In this document: positions 39,066 through 48,374 of the stretch, piece by piece | Numbering within the stretch: the first letter of the stretch is position 1 | Layout: each line of letters begins with the position of its first letter | Origin: an uncultured Verrucomicrobiota bacterium | GTDB taxonomy: Bacteria > Verrucomicrobiota > Verrucomicrobiia > Limisphaerales > UBA9464 | Assembly: GCA_903821635.1 (NCBI GenBank) | Contig: CAIJLV010000103.1 | Location: 13,231 to 77,230 of the forward strand | Direction: 5' to 3' | Length of the DNA: 64,000 nt | Program-made: the position numbers and the translations under genes | The notes under the pieces: generated by a model | Seen by the model: the letters and a program-made list of their open reading frames with translations, nothing else | Database searches by the model: none | What the model was told of the DNA's origin: nothing

Positions 39066-40763
39066 TCATTCCGTCGCCACCGGGAGGAGATAACAGGCGG
39101 CCTCCTGATCGTTGCGCACGAGCAGATAGGGGCCGGCCAGTGCGGGGTTGTTCCACGTTTTCGCGGACAAGGCAGCGATTCGGCCCAGTTCGGTGTAGCC
39201 CTCCGGTTTGGCTTCCGCGAGCGCCACGAAGCCGGGTTCGCTCTGGATTAGGACGAGTTCGTTCACCAGCAGGCTTTGGCCGGACCCGTAGCGCCCGTCC
39301 TTCCACAAGCGTTTGCCGGTGGCGAGGTCCACGCAGGCAAGAAACCCATCGTCGAGGCCGTAAAGGTGGCCGGCGCGCTGCGCGACGTTGTTGAACTGGG
39401 TTTTCATTGAACGACCGCGCCAGACTTCGGTGGCGGCAAGGGTGCCATCCGCGCCGGCCTTCACTTCCAGCAGCAGGCAGCCCATCGAATAACCGGCGGA
39501 AACAAACACGTGGTTGGAACTGACGACGAGCGGCTGCGAGCACTTGGGCCACTGCTCGTTGCCCCACGCGAATTCCCAGAGTCGGGTGCCGGTTTGCGGA
39601 TCGAGGCCAGCGACGGCCCGGGCGCCATTGACGAGAATCTGGGCGCGGCCGGCCAAGTTCCCCACCGCAGGCGAGGCGTAGGTCGCGGCGTCGCCATGAT
39701 CGGACCAAAGCGGTTGGCCGGTCGCGGCGTCGTAAGCGAGCCCGCCGCGCACGGCGCCGGTGCCACCGCTGACGATTACTCGGCCGTCGGTCACGAGCGG
39801 GGAAGAGCTTTTGCCCCAGGTAAGGTTGTCGAGGTGGTTCGTGGCGAGCACGTCCACGGACCACAGGAGGCGGCCCGTGGCGAGTTCGAGACAATCAAGC
39901 AGGCCCGTCGCGCCGAAGGCGTAGAGGCGATTGCCCACGAGAGTGGGGGTCGCGCGCGGGCCGTCGCCGCCCTGCCATTCGTGGAAGCGGACGCGGTTGG
40001 TGTGCGCCCAGACGGGTTCCCCGCCCGTGAGCGTGTAGGCGGTGACCAGTTCCTCGTCGCCACGTTGTTCCTGTGTGAACGCGAGTCCTTCGGCGACGAC
40101 GAAGCCGGACCACCCGAGTCCGATGGGCCGGCGCCAAAGTTCCTTTGGCGGCTGGGTGCTCCAGTCGCGGGCGAGCTTCACTTCGTCCATGCGCCCAGCG
40201 CGCTCGGGTCCGAGAAATTGGGGGAAGCGAAAGCGAGCTTCGGCCGGGGAGATGGCGGCGGGTTTTGCCGGCGGCCCGCTGGTCGAAACGTGGGCGAGCC
40301 GTTGATCGGCGGTGGGTGTCCAGCGCCAGACAAACCGTGGCAGACCGGTGCCGCTGACCGTGCCCTCGACCCGGGTGACGGCTTTGAAGCCCAAGCCCAA
40401 GCCGGCCACGATCACGACCGCGGCGAGGCGGCGCCACCCGGGCAGCCGGCTGAACAGGAGCAGCCAGAGCAATTGCGCCCCGCCTCCGAGCAGCACGATG
40501 GCCGAAGTGATCCACGCCCGGATGTTGCGGTCGGTTTCGCTGCGCGCTTGCACGAGGCCCAACGCCAGCAGGGTCAGCGCGAGCAGCACAAGCGGGCCGA
40601 TCCAGCGGCGCGGGGAAGGCGGCGCTGAGGGCGGAGAGGTGGGTTCAGTCACGGTCGGACTGTCGGCGAAAAGGGCGGTGGGGCAATGGGCGGAACGGTT
40701 GCTCCGCACCTTGGGATGCCGCCCGGCCCAACGTGGTGCCCGCTCAAGCCCGCGACTCCACAC
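39066..40763 (-). CDS. PQQ-like beta-propeller repeat protein with an N-terminal multi-TM anchor
   Basis: Three hydrophobic helices at the N-terminus are followed by repeated propeller blades (GRLLWS, GQPLWS, GTRLWEF, GKRLWKD). An alternative GTG start lies at 40652. Confidence 0.7.
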   Translation of the reverse strand: MWSRGLERAPRWAGRHPKVRSNRSAHCPTALFADSPTVTEPTSPPSAPPSPRRWIGPLVLLALTLLALGLVQARSETDRNIRAWITSAIVLLGGGAQLLWLLLFSRLPGWRRLAAVVIVAGLGLGFKAVTRVEGTVSGTGLPRFVWRWTPTADQRLAHVSTSGPPAKPAAISPAEARFRFPQFLGPERAGRMDEVKLARDWSTQPPKELWRRPIGLGWSGFVVAEGLAFTQEQRGDEELVTAYTLTGGEPVWAHTNRVRFHEWQGGDGPRATPTLVGNRLYAFGATGLLDCLELATGRLLWSVDVLATNHLDNLTWGKSSSPLVTDGRVIVSGGTGAVRGGLAYDAATGQPLWSDHGDAATYASPAVGNLAGRAQILVNGARAVAGLDPQTGTRLWEFAWGNEQWPKCSQPLVVSSNHVFVSAGYSMGCLLLEVKAGADGTLAATEVWRGRSMKTQFNNVAQRAGHLYGLDDGFLACVDLATGKRLWKDGRYGSGQSLLVNELVLIQSEPGFVALAEAKPEGYTELGRIAALSAKTWNNPALAGPYLLVRNDQEAACYLLPVATE

Positions 40764-40807
40764 TTCCCCTCGTCCCGCTTCTTCGGCATTGCTCAGCCGC
40801 CGCCTGC

Positions 40808-41599
40808 ATGAAGCTGCTGTTCTCCGAAGCCACGCCTGACTACGCGCATTACTGCTATCCCTACGCGATCTGGGGATTCCTGGAAGCGGGTGAGACGCCG
40901 GCCGATGCCTACGCCGCCGGCTTTTTGCCCGGGGTTGCGTCGCTGGACCGGTTCTACCTGACCCGTCAGTTGCGCGTGGTGCTCGCGGGCTGGAGTCCGT
41001 CGTCCGAAAACCGTCGCGTCTTGCGCAAGGCGGAGGGATTGCGCTGTGAGCTGATTCCGCGGGCGGACTTTGCCTACAGCGAGGTCCGGCGGGACGCTTG
41101 GCTCGCCTACGCCGCCGCCAAGTGGGGCGCCGAGGTCATGCCGTGTGACCGGCTCGACCGGCTCATGGCCGGCGCGGTCATCAGCCACGTGTTGCACTTC
41201 ACCGACGCTGCGGGGGCCGACGCCGGGAGTGTGCTCTGCTATGTGGAGTCGCCGCGCGTGGCGCATTATTATTATGCGTTTTACCCGCTCAGCGCCGAAA
41301 CCAAGCACCACGGCATGGCGATGATGACGCACGCCGTCGCCGACTTCGCCGGCCGCGGCCTGGAGCACCTTTACCTCGGCACCTGCTACTCGGAGATGGC
41401 GCTCTACAAGACGCAGTTTGAGCCGCTGGAATTCTTCAACGGCTGCCGTTGGTCGCGCGACGTGGCCGAACTGAAGCACCTCGTCCGGCGCCTGTTGCCC
41501 GAGGGGAAACACCGGTTGGAGACGCCGGAATTCCTCGCGTTCCAACCAGGGCCGCTCGCGGAGTTGGCCGCGGAAAGTCGGTTTCGAGTCGCCCGGTAG
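40808..41599 (+). CDS. Arginyl/leucyl-tRNA--protein transferase (ATE/Bpt)-like protein, divergent
   Basis: The C-terminal half AHYYYAFYPL...HGMAMMTHAVADFAGRGLEHLYLGTCYSEMALYKTQFEPLEFFNGCRW parallels Bpt/ATE_C (FYDP...YLGYWI...KMxYKxxFxPxE). SENRRVLRKAEGL parallels the QRRxLKRN segment. Confidence 0.55.
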   Translation: MKLLFSEATPDYAHYCYPYAIWGFLEAGETPADAYAAGFLPGVASLDRFYLTRQLRVVLAGWSPSSENRRVLRKAEGLRCELIPRADFAYSEVRRDAWLAYAAAKWGAEVMPCDRLDRLMAGAVISHVLHFTDAAGADAGSVLCYVESPRVAHYYYAFYPLSAETKHHGMAMMTHAVADFAGRGLEHLYLGTCYSEMALYKTQFEPLEFFNGCRWSRDVAELKHLVRRLLPEGKHRLETPEFLAFQPGPLAELAAESRFRVAR

Positions 41600-41729
41600 C
41601 TACGTTCACTGAAGGGGGCTGCAACGCTCTCCGACGGGCGCTCCACAAGCACCGCTCGGCTGATTTCTGGCCCCGCGTTGGCGGCGGCGAAATCGACCGC
41701 CCACCCGGCTTCCAATTCAACAGTCCAGG

Positions 41730-43694
41730 TCAATTCACCTTGGTCTCCGCCAGCAGGTGTTGTTGCCAAAACTGGATCGTGCTCAGGAATTGGAAGTCGG
41801 CGTTTTTCTTCTTCTGAAAGCCGTGGCCTTCGTCCTTGGCCATTAAATACCAGCAGGTGCCGCCGTTGGCGCGGACGGCTTTCACCATTTGCTCGGCTTC
41901 GGTCACGGGCACGCGCGGATCATTTTTGCCCTGCACCACAAACAGTGGCACGCCGATTCGCTTCACTTGAGTGGTTGGGGAAATCTGCTCCAAGTGCGTG
42001 CGCATCGCCGGCTCGCGTTCGTCGCCGTATTCCACGCGGCGCAGGTCGCGGCGATAGTCCTGCGTGTTCTCCAGAAAGGTCACGAAGTTGGAGATGCCCA
42101 CGACGTCCACGCCGCACTTCAGGCGGTCGCTGTAGTGCGTGAGCGCGGCGAGCGTCATGTAGCCGCCGTAGCTGCCGCCCGTGACCGCGATGCGCCCGCC
42201 GTCGAAGTCGGGCTGCGCCTTGGCCCAGTCGATGAGCGCGCCGATGTCCTTCACCGAGTCTTCGCGTTTGAAGCCGTTGTCGAGCGTCAGGAAGGTTTTC
42301 CCGTAGCCGGCGGAGCCGCGGACGTTGGGAAACACAAGCACGACGCCAAGTTGGTCGAGGTAGTAGTTGTTCCGGGCTTGAAAAATGGGGCGCGACTGCG
42401 ATTCCGGCCCACCGTGGATGTTGATGAGCACGGGTCGCTTGCCGGGGAATTTTGTTGGGTCGGGGCGGTAGACAAAGGCGCTAAAGGTCACCCCGTCAAA
42501 AGACGGGGTGCGAATCAGGGTCGGCTGCCGGAATTGCGAGGCGTCGAGACCGCCAGTTTCGCTCTCGGTCCAGCGGGTCAACGCACCGGTGGTCACGTCG
42601 AGCGAATAAGCGTCGGCAGGGGAATTGGCATGCGCCAGCGAGAAGCCGAGGTCCCGGCCGTTCGAGTGCCACTCCAAGCCGGCGAGCACGCCGAGGGGAA
42701 GTTTGGGGGCGGCCTGCTCGGTCAGGCTCGGCACGTCGAGCAGATGGAGCCCGCTGGCGCCGTCCTCGTTGGCGGCGTAGGCGAGCGTCTGGCCGTTGGG
42801 TGCCAGTTCGAAGGCCTCGACGTCCCAGTTCAGCGCCGGCGTCAGCACGGTGAGCTGGCCGGTGGCGACCTTGATCTGGGCGAGCCGACGGAATTCGGAA
42901 TTCTTGTCCGTAGTGGTGAAGACTGACTTTCCGTCCGCGCTGAATTGCGCGCCCGCATAAGCGACGCCCCGCTCGCCCGCCGGCGTGAGCGGCGTGAGTT
43001 GGCCGGACTTCACGTCGAGCAGGTAGAGGTGGCTCTCGTTGATCGAGAGGCGTTCGGTGACCAGCAGTTTGGTTTCGTCGGCCGACCAATCGTTCACGGA
43101 CCAGCCGCCGCCCTTCATCGGCGCCACCAACCGGTCGGACTTCGGTTCGGCCGGATTCAGCACGTAAAAGTCGGTGTCCTTACCCGTGCGGCGGGTGCTG
43201 CAGTAGGCGAGTTGTTGGCCGGACTTGGCCCAACGTGCGCCGGTGTTCCGGGACTTGCCGTCGGTGAGTAGGGTCACGCGGCAGTCGAGGTCGAGGCGGT
43301 AAAACTGGAAGAATTCGCCGCCGCCGGAGTCTTGGGTGAACACGATGTAATTGCCGTGGCGCGGCTGATAACTGCCCCCGTTCACGGGTTCATTCAGGAA
43401 GCTGAGCTGTCGCCGCGCGCCCCCCGGCGTCTGCACGAGGTGGAGTTGCGCGGTGTCGGCGAAGCGCGTGGAGATGAGCAACTCACGGCGTTGCGGATGC
43501 CATGACTGAAAGACCGCGGTGCGGAATTCCAAGTAGCGGCTGACGTCGCGCTGGAGTGTAGCCGAAGGCGCCGGGACGCCTTCGACGACGAGATTGTCGG
43601 GGATTTGAGAGAAGGCGGTAAGCACGGCGAGAGGCAGGACAGCAAGAAGCGCTTTCACGTCGCCGAGGTTGGCGTGGAAGCCGGTGCCGGGCAA
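41730..43694 (-). CDS. S9 family serine peptidase (beta-propeller plus alpha/beta hydrolase)
   Basis: Nucleophile elbow GGSYGGYM. Asp lies in GKNDPRV and His in DEGHGF. The N-terminal propeller is TolB-like. An alternative GTG start at 43658 (VKALLAVLPLAVL) would give a signal peptide. Confidence 0.85.
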   Translation of the reverse strand: MPGTGFHANLGDVKALLAVLPLAVLTAFSQIPDNLVVEGVPAPSATLQRDVSRYLEFRTAVFQSWHPQRRELLISTRFADTAQLHLVQTPGGARRQLSFLNEPVNGGSYQPRHGNYIVFTQDSGGGEFFQFYRLDLDCRVTLLTDGKSRNTGARWAKSGQQLAYCSTRRTGKDTDFYVLNPAEPKSDRLVAPMKGGGWSVNDWSADETKLLVTERLSINESHLYLLDVKSGQLTPLTPAGERGVAYAGAQFSADGKSVFTTTDKNSEFRRLAQIKVATGQLTVLTPALNWDVEAFELAPNGQTLAYAANEDGASGLHLLDVPSLTEQAAPKLPLGVLAGLEWHSNGRDLGFSLAHANSPADAYSLDVTTGALTRWTESETGGLDASQFRQPTLIRTPSFDGVTFSAFVYRPDPTKFPGKRPVLINIHGGPESQSRPIFQARNNYYLDQLGVVLVFPNVRGSAGYGKTFLTLDNGFKREDSVKDIGALIDWAKAQPDFDGGRIAVTGGSYGGYMTLAALTHYSDRLKCGVDVVGISNFVTFLENTQDYRRDLRRVEYGDEREPAMRTHLEQISPTTQVKRIGVPLFVVQGKNDPRVPVTEAEQMVKAVRANGGTCWYLMAKDEGHGFQKKKNADFQFLSTIQFWQQHLLAETKVN

Positions 43695-43757
43695 CCGCGA
43701 GCACCGGGCGCCCCGCTTGGCTGAGGCTGAGGGGAGGCTCGTTCTGGGGCTGCCTGC

Positions 43758-45248
43758 TTAGAACAACCGCGGCTTGGAACGGCGGGCCTTCACCTTGCCG
43801 GCCAGTTGCTCAAGGGCGTTGGTGTGGCGACCGTGGATCCAGTCCTTGAGCGGCAAATCGTCGATCTCAACCTGCTCGGGAAAGGACCACGGGCGGAAAT
43901 CCAAGTGCGCGTATTCGCGGTCGAACCGGGGCTGGCTCACAGCCCCTTGGTTTGGCTTCGAAATACCCAGCACCGTCCGCTCGAAGTCGGCGCGGGCGCG
44001 TTTGGTTTCGGCCCAGACCACCGGCTGCGTCACGGTCGCGAGGCGTTCGAGGTCGGCGACCAACCGATCCGGCACAAAGACGTTCGTGAGCAACTCCCCG
44101 CAGAGCGCGCGATAGCGCGCGCCAAACGTCGGGTCGTTGAGGAACCGTTCGACCAGCGGATTGGGATCGGCGTTGGGCCGGAGGATGCTGGTCTGCATTT
44201 GAAAGCGGGACGGACCGGAGACGGGATGCAGGCCGAAAGCTTCGTTGAGATCCCACGGGATGAACGTCGCCCGGCGCGAGGCCGAACCGAGAAAAAGGTA
44301 GTAATTGTGGCCGTTGCCGATGAACGAATCCACGTTGGCGAGGATGGAGTTCAACGCGACGAAACGTAGGAACGGCTCCGGTTCGAGATAGTTTGTGATG
44401 CCGTGGGTGAACTGTTCGGGCGAGGCGGTGCGGATGAAGTTTACGAACTCGATGAAGCGCGCGGTATCGGCCGGGGCGGTGTCGCCTTTGGGTTGGTAGC
44501 GCGCCGTGTAATTGTCCCAGTCGTCGCCGAGGTAGGGAATTCCCTGCATCATCTCCGGCTTGAGCAACAGCCCGTCCGAGGAGCCGAAGGTGCGCTGCAA
44601 GAACTCCTCCTCCACCGCCTCGACCAGCGTGTAGAGCCCGAGGTGCTGCTGCGTCACGCGCCCGGGAATGGTCAGGTAGACTTGGGCGAAAGCCGTGCGC
44701 GGCGCCGGCAGTCCGGCCCGGCGAAACAATTCATACGCCAGCACTTCCCGCAGTTGGGTGGCGTCGTTCACGTTGTTGTTCAGGTAAACTTCTTCGACGT
44801 CGAGGAACCGGCGCCCCTTTGCCCCGCGGTTGAAGTCGAGCTTCAGCGGCCGTTTGTAGCCATTCGGAGCCCGCGCCACGGAGCTCACACCCTTCATCCG
44901 CACGGCGACATTCGTGAAGGTCTGGCCGGCGCTGGAAAACGTGCATTGGGTCCAAGGATACCGGGAGTTGCCGTCCGGGGCCGGCGAACCCGCCGAGGGC
45001 TCGCTGCCGAAGACGCCGCGCAGAAATCCTTCCCACGCCCCGCCACCGCCGGAGTTGCGTTTCACCACACCCCGGGAGCCGAGCAACTGCCAGTCGGCCG
45101 GAGTGAGGGTGAGGTGCACCGTCCAGAGGTTGGTGAAGCCGAAGAGCGACTGCCCGGCGTGAGGTGATCCGGCGGCCTGGCTCCGGGGTGATCCGGCGAT
45201 CAGCAGGAGCAGGCACGATGTCAGCAGCAACGACAGGCGGTAGTTCAT
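43758..45248 (-). CDS. CotH kinase family protein, secreted
   Basis: Signal peptide MNYRLSLLLTSCLLLLIAG. YLNNNVNDATQLREVLAYELFRRAGLPAPR and GHNYYLF are CotH-like segments. Confidence 0.7.
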   Translation of the reverse strand: MNYRLSLLLTSCLLLLIAGSPRSQAAGSPHAGQSLFGFTNLWTVHLTLTPADWQLLGSRGVVKRNSGGGGAWEGFLRGVFGSEPSAGSPAPDGNSRYPWTQCTFSSAGQTFTNVAVRMKGVSSVARAPNGYKRPLKLDFNRGAKGRRFLDVEEVYLNNNVNDATQLREVLAYELFRRAGLPAPRTAFAQVYLTIPGRVTQQHLGLYTLVEAVEEEFLQRTFGSSDGLLLKPEMMQGIPYLGDDWDNYTARYQPKGDTAPADTARFIEFVNFIRTASPEQFTHGITNYLEPEPFLRFVALNSILANVDSFIGNGHNYYLFLGSASRRATFIPWDLNEAFGLHPVSGPSRFQMQTSILRPNADPNPLVERFLNDPTFGARYRALCGELLTNVFVPDRLVADLERLATVTQPVVWAETKRARADFERTVLGISKPNQGAVSQPRFDREYAHLDFRPWSFPEQVEIDDLPLKDWIHGRHTNALEQLAGKVKARRSKPRLF

Positions 45249-45294
45249 GGGCAGCGCACGGGTAAACAAAACGTCGGGCAATGTTCCGCCGAAT

Positions 45295-46767
45295 TCAACC
45301 GGCGTGAATCGGTTGGACCGGCAAGGCCCGAACCAGGTCCGGAAACCGACAGCCGGCGCAACGGGCGTCGGCCTGGTCACAAAAATCCCGCGTGAGCTGC
45401 AACAATCCCTGCTGGCTGGCGGCGGTGCGGGGCAACGCCCGCGGGGCGGGGCCGAACAGACGGTCGCGCGCCAGCTTCAACACCGCGTTGTCCTCGCTGG
45501 CGGGCCAACTGAAATAGCGGCGCTCGATTTCCCCGAGCAGGGTCGCGTGGCCGCCGATGGTCGCCCGGGCGTGCAGCCAGGGTAGCACGACGTTCAACGC
45601 CAGATCGGTCACCCGCGGCGCGCCCAACAAGGGTTGTGCCCGGGCGAAGCGTCGCGAGCGAAGCGTCCAGTGGTGGGCCCAAAAATCATCGGGTTCAGCC
45701 GGCCCCGAAAGGGTGGCCAGCAACTGAGCCACAAATGCCCGGCCGGCGGTGGGCGGCTCGCTGAGCCAAGCCTGCAGGCGGGCCGGCAGGTCGCCGGCGG
45801 CCAACCAGCGTGCGGCTAGGGCTAGGCGGCGCTGGGGCTGGTTGGCGGGGCGCAGGCCGGCCAGTTGCCAAGTCGCGGCGGGCAGGATCCGGTCCGCCAG
45901 CGCGTCGCGTTCGCGCCACCAACTGTCCCAGATGGTTTTGGCATAGGGCGCGTTGTCGCCGGCGGGCAATTGGCTGGGAAGCAGGCCGGCGAGCCCCAGC
46001 AGTCGGGCTTCCCAAACGGGAACCGCGGCGCGAGTGGCCGGTTCCCCACTTGGGTGGCCGTCGAGTTCAGCGGCGATCTCCGCGAGCCGCCGCATCGGCC
46101 AAGTGTTGTGTCGGTAACCGAGCGCGCCCAAGAGCCCGACCCACAACGCTCGCTCCCAGCCGACGTGCCGGGCGTGGATGGCAAATTCACCCGCCTTGCG
46201 TTGGAGCCGGACGCGGGCGGCTTGTTGGAGCAGGGCGGCGAGCGTGCCGGCGTTCACCGCGGCGAGGGGGGCGCAACATTGGCCGAGGGTTTCCACGGGT
46301 AGCAGCGCGGCGGCTTCGTCGTCGAGCCAAGGGGCCAGTTCCGCGAGTGGGGCGTCGAGAAAGGGGCGCAACGCCAACACCGGCGGTTGCCGGTCGGGGG
46401 TGGGTAAATCCCAAACGACGTGGAGAATCACCTGGTGGTAGCGGGCGTTGCGAGCGTGGCCGTGCTGGTGCCAGCCACTGAGGTTGAGATCGATTTCCAC
46501 GTCGCCGCTGACCGGAGCGTCTTGGCCGAATTGGAGGACCGCCCGCTGAAAGTCCGGCCCGGGCCCACGGTTCCAAAATCCAGGGTGGAGCACGCGCACG
46601 GGCCGTCCGTCGTGACCGGTGAGTTCGGCGCGCCGCAGGCGTTGGTGCCGCCAGATTTGTTGCAGCCAACGTTCCGGGGGGCCGGCCGGACTGTCTTCGA
46701 CCGCCCCGGCCGGGCGGCGATCTCGCTGGCGCCACGACGCGTAGAAATCAGGAGGCAGCGGGGTCAT
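45295..46767 (-). CDS. DUF2851 family protein
   Basis: ERWLQQIWRHQRL...VRVLHPGFWNRGPGPDFQRAVL...GDVEIDLNLSGWHQHGH...YHQVILHVVW matches the DUF2851 N-terminal pattern. Confidence 0.7.
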   Translation of the reverse strand: MTPLPPDFYASWRQRDRRPAGAVEDSPAGPPERWLQQIWRHQRLRRAELTGHDGRPVRVLHPGFWNRGPGPDFQRAVLQFGQDAPVSGDVEIDLNLSGWHQHGHARNARYHQVILHVVWDLPTPDRQPPVLALRPFLDAPLAELAPWLDDEAAALLPVETLGQCCAPLAAVNAGTLAALLQQAARVRLQRKAGEFAIHARHVGWERALWVGLLGALGYRHNTWPMRRLAEIAAELDGHPSGEPATRAAVPVWEARLLGLAGLLPSQLPAGDNAPYAKTIWDSWWRERDALADRILPAATWQLAGLRPANQPQRRLALAARWLAAGDLPARLQAWLSEPPTAGRAFVAQLLATLSGPAEPDDFWAHHWTLRSRRFARAQPLLGAPRVTDLALNVVLPWLHARATIGGHATLLGEIERRYFSWPASEDNAVLKLARDRLFGPAPRALPRTAASQQGLLQLTRDFCDQADARCAGCRFPDLVRALPVQPIHAG

Positions 46768-46871
46768 TTGGTGCCGCTGATTTCTCCTGAGCGTGGCGGC
46801 CGGTCAAGCGGGGAAGCCATGCCGGGAGTTTGCCGGATAAGCGGGCGGCGGGCGGCCCGGCGGGCGCCCAC

Positions 46872-48374
46872 TTAGCTCAGGATGTTTTTCACCACGTCGC
46901 CTTCGACGTCGGTGAGCCGGCGCTCGATGCCGTTGTGGTAGTAGGTGAGCCGCTCGTGATCGAGGCCGAGCAGGTGCAGGATCGTGGCGTGCAGGTCGTG
47001 CACGGTGACGATTTGCTCCACGGACTGGTAGCCGAACTCGTCGGTGGAGCCGTGACTGAAGCCCTTTTTCACGCCGGCCCCGGCCAGCCAGCAGGTGAAG
47101 CCGTTGGGGTTGTGGTCCCGGCCTTGCGACCCTTTTTGAAAAGTGGGCATGCGGCCAAATTCCGTGCACCAGACGACCAAGGTGTCGTCCAGCAACCCGC
47201 GCTGTTTGAGGTCGATGAGCAACCCCGCGGTGGGGCGGTCGAGCACCGGCCCGTGCAGGCTGTATTGGTTGAGCAGGTCCTTGTGGCCATCCCAATTGCT
47301 GACGCCTTCGCCCCCGGTCTGATAGGCGCCGTTGAACAGTTGCACGAAGCGCACGCCCTGCTCCACCAACCGCCGGGCGAGGATGCAGTTGCGGGCGTAG
47401 GCGGCGCGCAGTTCGTTCGTCTTGGAGCCACCTTCGTCTGCGCCGTAGAGGCGGAGGATGTGGGCGGGTTCGCTCGACAGGTCGGCTAGCTCGGGAATCG
47501 TCAACTGCATGCGCGCGGCCAGTTCGTAGCTGGCGATACGGGCTGCGAGCTGGCTGTCGCCGGGGAATTGTTCCGCGTGCCGCTCATTGAGCCGGCGCAG
47601 AAAACTGCGGGTGGCCTGGTCGTGCTCCGCGGTGAACGCCGGGGGGCGGGCAAGATTCCGAATGGGTGTCGTGGCGTTGAATTCCGTGCCTTGGAACGCC
47701 GCGGGCAAAAACCCCGGCGCCCAATTGTTCACGCTGTTCTGGGGTTTGCCTCGCGGGTCGGGAATCGCCACGTAGGCGGGCAGGCTCTGGTCCGCGCTGC
47801 CGAGCGCGTAGGTGGCCCAAGCGCCGAGGCTGGGGAAGCCGTCCAGCGTGTAACCGGTGGACATGTAGTTCTCTCCGGGCCCGTGGGTGTTGGTTTTGCC
47901 CTTCATCGAATGGATGAAGCACAGGTCGTCCGCCAGCGCGCCCAAGTGGGGCACGAGGTCCGAGATCATTTTCCCGCATTGGCCCCGGGGGCGGAAAGCC
48001 CACGGACTGCGATTGAGGGCGCCCTGTTCGCCCTGAAACGTGATGATTTTCTCGGTGCCCGGCAGGGGTTGGCCGTGGCGCCGGATCAGCTCCGGTTTGT
48101 AGTCAAAGGTGTCGAGTTGGCTGCAACCGCCGCTGCAAAAGATCAGGAGCACGTTCTTGGCTCGCGGCGCAAAATGTGCTGGCCGCGGAGCATACGGTTG
48201 TCCCGGTGGGATGAGCGGGCGGATGGGTTCCTGACCCGACACGCTGGCCCCCAGCAGGCCCTGCCGGCTCAAGAGGTGCGTCAGGGCGATGGCTCCGAGT
48301 CCGATGCTGGTGTCGGCGAAGAAGCGCCGTCGATTCGTCAGTGGACCCTGGAGGGAAGCGGCGGGCTGGCTCAT
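46872..48374 (-). CDS. DUF1501 domain protein (sulfatase/alkaline-phosphatase-like) with Tat signal
   Basis: [18 protein letters not shown] is a Tat-like leader. [18 protein letters not shown] and the family pattern are present. The ATG at 48374 overlaps the upstream stop codon (ATGA). Confidence 0.8.
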   Translation of the reverse strand: MSQPAASLQGPLTNRRRFFADTSIGLGAIALTHLLSRQGLLGASVSGQEPIRPLIPPGQPYAPRPAHFAPRAKNVLLIFCSGGCSQLDTFDYKPELIRRHGQPLPGTEKIITFQGEQGALNRSPWAFRPRGQCGKMISDLVPHLGALADDLCFIHSMKGKTNTHGPGENYMSTGYTLDGFPSLGAWATYALGSADQSLPAYVAIPDPRGKPQNSVNNWAPGFLPAAFQGTEFNATTPIRNLARPPAFTAEHDQATRSFLRRLNERHAEQFPGDSQLAARIASYELAARMQLTIPELADLSSEPAHILRLYGADEGGSKTNELRAAYARNCILARRLVEQGVRFVQLFNGAYQTGGEGVSNWDGHKDLLNQYSLHGPVLDRPTAGLLIDLKQRGLLDDTLVVWCTEFGRMPTFQKGSQGRDHNPNGFTCWLAGAGVKKGFSHGSTDEFGYQSVEQIVTVHDLHATILHLLGLDHERLTYYHNGIERRLTDVEGDVVKNILS

